Positions 56,400-64,000 of a stretch of DNA of 64,000 bases are shown here, piece after piece (position 1 is the stretch's first letter; every line of letters starts with the position of its first letter). Position numbers and translations under genes: made by a program. Source of the DNA: an uncultured delta proteobacterium (lineage in GTDB: Bacteria > Desulfobacterota > Desulfuromonadia > Desulfuromonadales > JACZKF01); contig CAWFKQ010000009.1 of assembly GCA_963816395.1 (NCBI GenBank), positions 32,001-96,000 of the forward strand, in the 5' to 3' direction. Below the pieces are notes generated by a model. The model did no database searches. It was not told the DNA's origin and saw only the letters and a program-made list of their open reading frames with translations.

Positions 56400-56416
56400 A
56401 AATGGTCATACCAATA
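56400..56416. promoter_or_regulatory. FadR-subfamily (PdhR/LldR-type) operator
   Basis: AAATGGT-CAT-ACCAATA just upstream of the regulator. Confidence 0.6.
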
Positions 56417-56435
56417 CCCCACCTGGAGCAATGGC

Positions 56436-57161
56436 GTGACCAATATGTTCAAACCGATCCGTCCAAAGAAAATTTCCGAAGAAATCGTCGATCAGATCCG
56501 AGCTCTTATCTCCCAAGGGCAGCTGAAACCCGGGGAGCGCGTTCCTTCCGAGCGGGACCTGGCCGCTTTTCTCGGTGTCAGTCGCCCCTCGGTGCGCGAG
56601 GCCATCATGGTTCTGGAGGCGATGGGTCTGGTCGAATCGCGACAGGGAGGAGGTACCTTTGTCCGCTCCCTCACCGAGACGTCTTTGGCCGATCCCCTGA
56701 CCAGTATGGTGGAGAAGGATCCACGCCTGCTGCATGCCTTGGTCGAGGTGCGCATGGGCCTGGAGAGCTGGTCCGCCTATCTGGCCGCCAGCCGCGCCAC
56801 CGACGAGGAAATCGCCCGCATGCGCGAGCTTTACCAGGAGATGGAGCGCCAGGCAGGGAAGGGGGGGTGGGACGCCGATGTCGATGCCAGCTTCCATTAT
56901 GCCATTACTGCCGCCACCCATAATACCCTGCAGTTGCATGTGCTCAATACGATTCATTCCCTCTTCCACGCCACTATCCAGGTGGCGCTGATGGAATTCT
57001 ATCGCAAGGAGGGGTATGTTGATAAGCTGCGCCAGCAGCACCGAGCCATCCTGGAGGGAATAGCCGCGCGCGACCCGGAGGGAAGCCGCCAGGCGATGCT
57101 CGATCACCTGACCATGGTGGAAGAAAAAATGGCCCAGATCCTTCAGGAACGGGGCCACTGA
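56436..57161 (+). CDS. FadR/GntR family regulator (PdhR/LldR/LutR-like)
   Basis: PSERDLA..LGVSRPSVREA, RQGGGTFV, DASFHYAI..ATHN. Confidence 0.9.
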   Translation: MTNMFKPIRPKKISEEIVDQIRALISQGQLKPGERVPSERDLAAFLGVSRPSVREAIMVLEAMGLVESRQGGGTFVRSLTETSLADPLTSMVEKDPRLLHALVEVRMGLESWSAYLAASRATDEEIARMRELYQEMERQAGKGGWDADVDASFHYAITAATHNTLQLHVLNTIHSLFHATIQVALMEFYRKEGYVDKLRQQHRAILEGIAARDPEGSRQAMLDHLTMVEEKMAQILQERGH

Positions 57162-57195
57162 ACCATCGCGGCACTTTAAATTTTCGATAAAAAGG

Positions 57196-57224
57196 AAAAG
57201 GCGATCCAACAGGATCGCCTTTTT
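57196..57224. terminator. Bidirectional intrinsic terminator
   Basis: AAAAGGCGATCC-AACA-GGATCGCCTTTT. Confidence 0.75.
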
Positions 57225-57240
57225 CTTCTTCCATTTCCGT

Positions 57241-57657
57241 TCAGCGGGAGCTTCGCCGGGACGCCACCTGAATACGGATAAGGGCCCGTTCCAGGGCCGC
57301 CTGCATAGTAAGAAAATCCTTATCCTCGGGGGCAAGGCTTTTCAGGGCTTCTTCTGCCCGGCCCAAGGCCGCCCTGGCGCGCTCCAGATCGATTTCATCG
57401 GCCGGTTCGGCGGTTTCCACCAGGACAGTGACGGTATCGTTCTCTACTTCGACGTAGCCCCAGTTAACAGCTACATGGAAAGATTCACCCCCAGAGCGGT
57501 AGCTGAGCTCGCCGATCCGCAGGGTGGTCAGCATCGCCGTATGCCCCGGAAGAACCCCGAATTCACCGATATTGCCGGGAGCGGTCACCTCATCGACCTC
57601 CTCCGAGAGGACGTGCTTGTACGGGGTGACCATTTCCAGTCTGAGCTTCTCTGCCAT
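57241..57657 (-). CDS. atpC: ATP synthase epsilon subunit
   Basis: LEMVTP, GEFGVLPGH, GYVEV, EIDLERA. Confidence 0.95.
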   Translation of the reverse strand: MAEKLRLEMVTPYKHVLSEEVDEVTAPGNIGEFGVLPGHTAMLTTLRIGELSYRSGGESFHVAVNWGYVEVENDTVTVLVETAEPADEIDLERARAALGRAEEALKSLAPEDKDFLTMQAALERALIRIQVASRRSSR

Positions 57658-57672
57658 AGATTGCCATCCTTC

Positions 57673-57727
57673 GTAGGGGCGGACCCCTGCGCCGCCCATT
57701 GCAGGCACACACGCGGGTGTGCCCCGA
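57673..57727 (+). repeat. GTAG-type REP doublet (REPIN-like) between atpD and atpC
   Basis: GTAG-GGGCGG-ACCCCTGCG-CCGCCC, short spacer, then inverted degenerate GGCACAC-ACGCGG-GTGTGCC-CC. Confidence 0.55.
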
Positions 57728-57733
57728 GGCGCA

Positions 57734-60066
<2,333 letters not shown>

Positions 60067-60093
60067 CTGTCCCAACCTTTATTCGCATGTGGC

Positions 60094-61611
<1,518 letters not shown>

Positions 61612-62148
61612 TCACCCCTTTTTTAATGTATCTTCAATCCGTCTCAACTGTGTTTTCAGGCTGCCGTCGAACAGCCGGCCACCAATCGCCACCTGTAGAC
61701 CACCAATAAGAGCCGGGTCGACCTCGGCGTTCAGCTCCACCTTTTTCCCGGTCTGCTTTTCCAGGGCGGCGCGGATCGACTTTTTCTCGGCTGGAGCGAG
61801 TTCGCAGGCGGCGGTTACTTTCGCCCGCAGGGTGCCGGAGAGCTCATCGGCAAATTCCCGGTAATCGGTCTCAATCTGCGGCAGGAAGGACAGGCGGTCC
61901 TTTTGTAACAGCAGTCCGAGGAAATTCCGCATGCCTTCTGAAAGGTCGAGCGCTCCTGCCAAATCGATCAGCATCGCTCTTTTTTTCTGCGGCGAAAAGG
62001 AGGGACTCTCCATCAGCAGACGCAACGGGGTCTGGCTGGCGAAGGCGGCATTTACCTTCCCGAGTTCCTCTCCGAACCGTTCCACCGTCTTCCGCTCGGC
62101 CCCCAAGTTGACCAGGGCCCGGGCATACCTCTTGGATATGGCGCTCAA
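61612..62148 (-). CDS. atpH: ATP synthase delta subunit
   Basis: KRYARAL, VDPALIGG, DGSLKTQL. Confidence 0.93.
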   Translation of the reverse strand: MSAISKRYARALVNLGAERKTVERFGEELGKVNAAFASQTPLRLLMESPSFSPQKKRAMLIDLAGALDLSEGMRNFLGLLLQKDRLSFLPQIETDYREFADELSGTLRAKVTAACELAPAEKKSIRAALEKQTGKKVELNAEVDPALIGGLQVAIGGRLFDGSLKTQLRRIEDTLKKG

Positions 62149-62756
62149 TGTAATTCTCCCACCTTCTGCATATACTCACTGGTCAACCGGGCCTGATCCT
62201 GGGCCGTGATTTTTTGCTTTAAAAGATCCTCGGCGATCTGCACGGCCACCCGCGCGGCCTCGCGGCGCAGTTCAACTCGAGCCTTGACCACCTCGTTGGC
62301 TGCTGTCCGCTCGGCATCCTGACGGATTTTCTCAGCCGTCTCCTTGGCGCTGGCCAGGATCCTCTCCCGTTCCAATTCTCCTTCGCGGCGAATTTCGCTG
62401 TAGATCTGCTCGATCTCGGCCGCCGCCTGCGCCAACTTCTGGTCGTATTCGGCAAATTTGGTTTCGGCCGCTGCCCGCGTACTCTGCGCCTGAAGCAGGG
62501 ACTTCTCAATCCCCTCCCGACGGTTCCCCAGGCCGCGGCGGATCGGCTTGGTTAAGAAATAAGCGAGCAGGCCGAAAGTCACGGTGAAATTGAAGACCCG
62601 GTAGAGGAAATCTTTCAGCAGTACTCCGCTTTCCGGATGGTGCCCGCCTTCGCCGCCTGCGGCGAAAACAATCCCGGCCAGACCAAGTGAAAAAAAGATA
62701 GTGGCGATGGCAACCGTCCGTCGACCGGACACGAGACGACAGGAAAACCTCTTCAT
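62145..62756 (-). CDS. atpF: ATP synthase b subunit
   Basis: TM helix (RVFNF) plus long coiled coil; position in operon. Confidence 0.88.
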   Translation of the reverse strand: MKRFSCRLVSGRRTVAIATIFFSLGLAGIVFAAGGEGGHHPESGVLLKDFLYRVFNFTVTFGLLAYFLTKPIRRGLGNRREGIEKSLLQAQSTRAAAETKFAEYDQKLAQAAAEIEQIYSEIRREGELERERILASAKETAEKIRQDAERTAANEVVKARVELRREAARVAVQIAEDLLKQKITAQDQARLTSEYMQKVGELH

Positions 62757-63178
62757 ATGCTTCTCCCCAGCACCTTGCCGGCGATCTGGCCGGCCAGGGT
62801 TTCCGTCTGGCCTTTCAAAGCCAGGCGGGCGGACTCCGTTTCCTCAGCCACCTGACTACGGATGGCCTGGATCTGACCGGCCGCCCGGTTGCGGGTTTCG
62901 CCCAACAGGCGGCCTTCTTCCTCAACAGCCTTCTGGCGCAACTGCATCCTTTCCTGATGGCCCTTTAACTTCGCTTCCTGCAGCTGCTGCTGGTAGCTGG
63001 CCATCTTCTGATTAACCTGCTCTTCCAGGTCCCGAGCTTTCTGGTAGGAGCCTTCCATTGTCTGCTGCCGCTCCTGGAGTATCCGGCGGAAGGGGCGGTA
63101 GAGAAGGAAGTTCAGAATCAGCAGCAGGATCAGGAAATTGGCAAATTGCAGAAAAATCGTCCAGTTCAGCTCTATCAC
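62753..63178 (-). CDS. ATP synthase b' subunit
   Basis: QFANFLILLLILNFLLYRP...ER; ends KVLGR. Confidence 0.88.
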   Translation of the reverse strand: MIELNWTIFLQFANFLILLLILNFLLYRPFRRILQERQQTMEGSYQKARDLEEQVNQKMASYQQQLQEAKLKGHQERMQLRQKAVEEEGRLLGETRNRAAGQIQAIRSQVAEETESARLALKGQTETLAGQIAGKVLGRSI

Positions 63179-63230
63179 GACTTAATACCTCGTTAGATCC
63201 TAATTTGATTTCGGCAGAAGGGCCGGGTTG

Positions 63231-63244
63231 GTATACAGTATACA
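63231..63244. promoter_or_regulatory. Tandem GTATAC operator upstream of atp operon
   Basis: GTATACAGTATACA, identical to 54000-54013. Confidence 0.65.
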
Positions 63245-63385
63245 AAGCAGCAAAAGATTAAAAAAGCCCCGAACCGGAGGGCAAAGCAGGGGATTGGTAT
63301 CATATGACCCGAATATTGTCAAGGTCATTGTTTCCGTTTTGGCCATGGGGCCAATCCCGATACCTTTTCCGTAGATTAATAAACA

Positions 63386-63787
63386 TTACTTCCGGTTAAA
63401 CAGAACCGCCTTTTTGTCCCCTTCGGCCACCATCTGCGCCCCCTCTTTCTTCATTGCCAGAGTGCTGTTGAGGAGGACGCCTTCTTCGACGACCAGAATC
63501 GGGGTCTCGATAGCTCCCTCGACCACGGCCGGTGCCCGCAGCTCGACCCGTACAGTGGCCTTGATGTTGCCTTTGAAGCGCCCGCTCAGAATCAGGGTTC
63601 CGACGTTCACTTCCGCCTGCAGATCGGCCGTCTTGCCAACGATCAGGGTATCGCGGGAAGTTACCTCTCCGCGGAACGTGCCGTCCAGGCGTACTATCTC
63701 GTCAAACAGCAGTTTTCCCTCAAATTGACTTCCCGGGCCGAGAAAGGCCTTGATTTCACTCTTTTCGATCGGCGTTTCCTTTTTCAT
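63386..63787 (-). CDS. Bactofilin (polymer-forming cytoskeletal protein)
   Basis: FLGPGSQFEGKL...RLDG.F.GEV...LIVG...G.F.GNI.A..RVEL...VEG.I. Confidence 0.9.
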   Translation of the reverse strand: MKKETPIEKSEIKAFLGPGSQFEGKLLFDEIVRLDGTFRGEVTSRDTLIVGKTADLQAEVNVGTLILSGRFKGNIKATVRVELRAPAVVEGAIETPILVVEEGVLLNSTLAMKKEGAQMVAEGDKKAVLFNRK

Positions 63788-63835
63788 GTCGTTTTTCCCT
63801 TCCTGCCGAACATGGATTCAAACCGCATCACCTGA

Positions 63836-64000
63836 TCAATTCCCGGAAATCCCCAACACTGCCAGGAGGCGGTCCAGATCCTGGGCTGAATAGTAGGAGA
63901 TCTCGATTTTCCCCCCTTTACCCCGGGGCTGGATTTTTACCTGGGTGCCAAGTGCCCTTTTCAGTTCTCCGGCCAAGTGGACCATTTCCGCGTCTATTTC
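63836..64000 (-). CDS. parB: ParB/Spo0J C-terminal end (runs off window end)
   Basis: ELKRALGTQVKIQPRGKGGKIEISYYSAQDLDRLL. Confidence 0.8.
   Translation of the reverse strand, partial: EIDAEMVHLAGELKRALGTQVKIQPRGKGGKIEISYYSAQDLDRLLAVLGISGN

Noticed and set aside
56345..56400. LexA box upstream of dinB (also checked before uvrA)
   Set aside because: No convincing match to the LexA palindromes I know.

Overview
Bacterial chromosomal window, most likely from a Desulfuromonadales-type deltaproteobacterium (split F1+b/b' atp operon next to bactofilin and parB, serS-tRNA-Ser cluster, DUF3015/DUF4105, DUF2155). Many conserved genes carry frameshifts that look like long-read indel errors. Bases 1-~8.9 kb are a visibly lower-GC catabolic island abutting the 3' end of tRNA-Arg(ACG). 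It encodes a hydantoinase/oxoprolinase-like subunit, a split B12-dependent acyl-CoA mutase with a strongly remodelled substrate channel, FixCX and a TRAP transporter, an arrangement reminiscent of anaerobic indoleacetate-type degradation. The rest is mostly core genome: serS, fumC, tcdA, tatD, an MCP, an RND efflux system, cls, ktrAB, uvrA, pdxA, hisIG, two PPIases, mfd, nadA, tatBC, an ABC pair, dinB, three GntR-family regulators and atpF'FHAGDC. The main non-obvious signals are an unannotated, apparently monocistronic small membrane ORF with an in-frame UGA followed by a SECIS-like hairpin (candidate selenoprotein, 31405-31561), an identical GTATACAGTATACA operator upstream of the atp operon and a gntR gene, GTAG-type REP-like palindromes inside the atp and his operons, 7-nt-periodic intergenic repeats, and a sigma54-type promoter in front of a small unannotated ORF.
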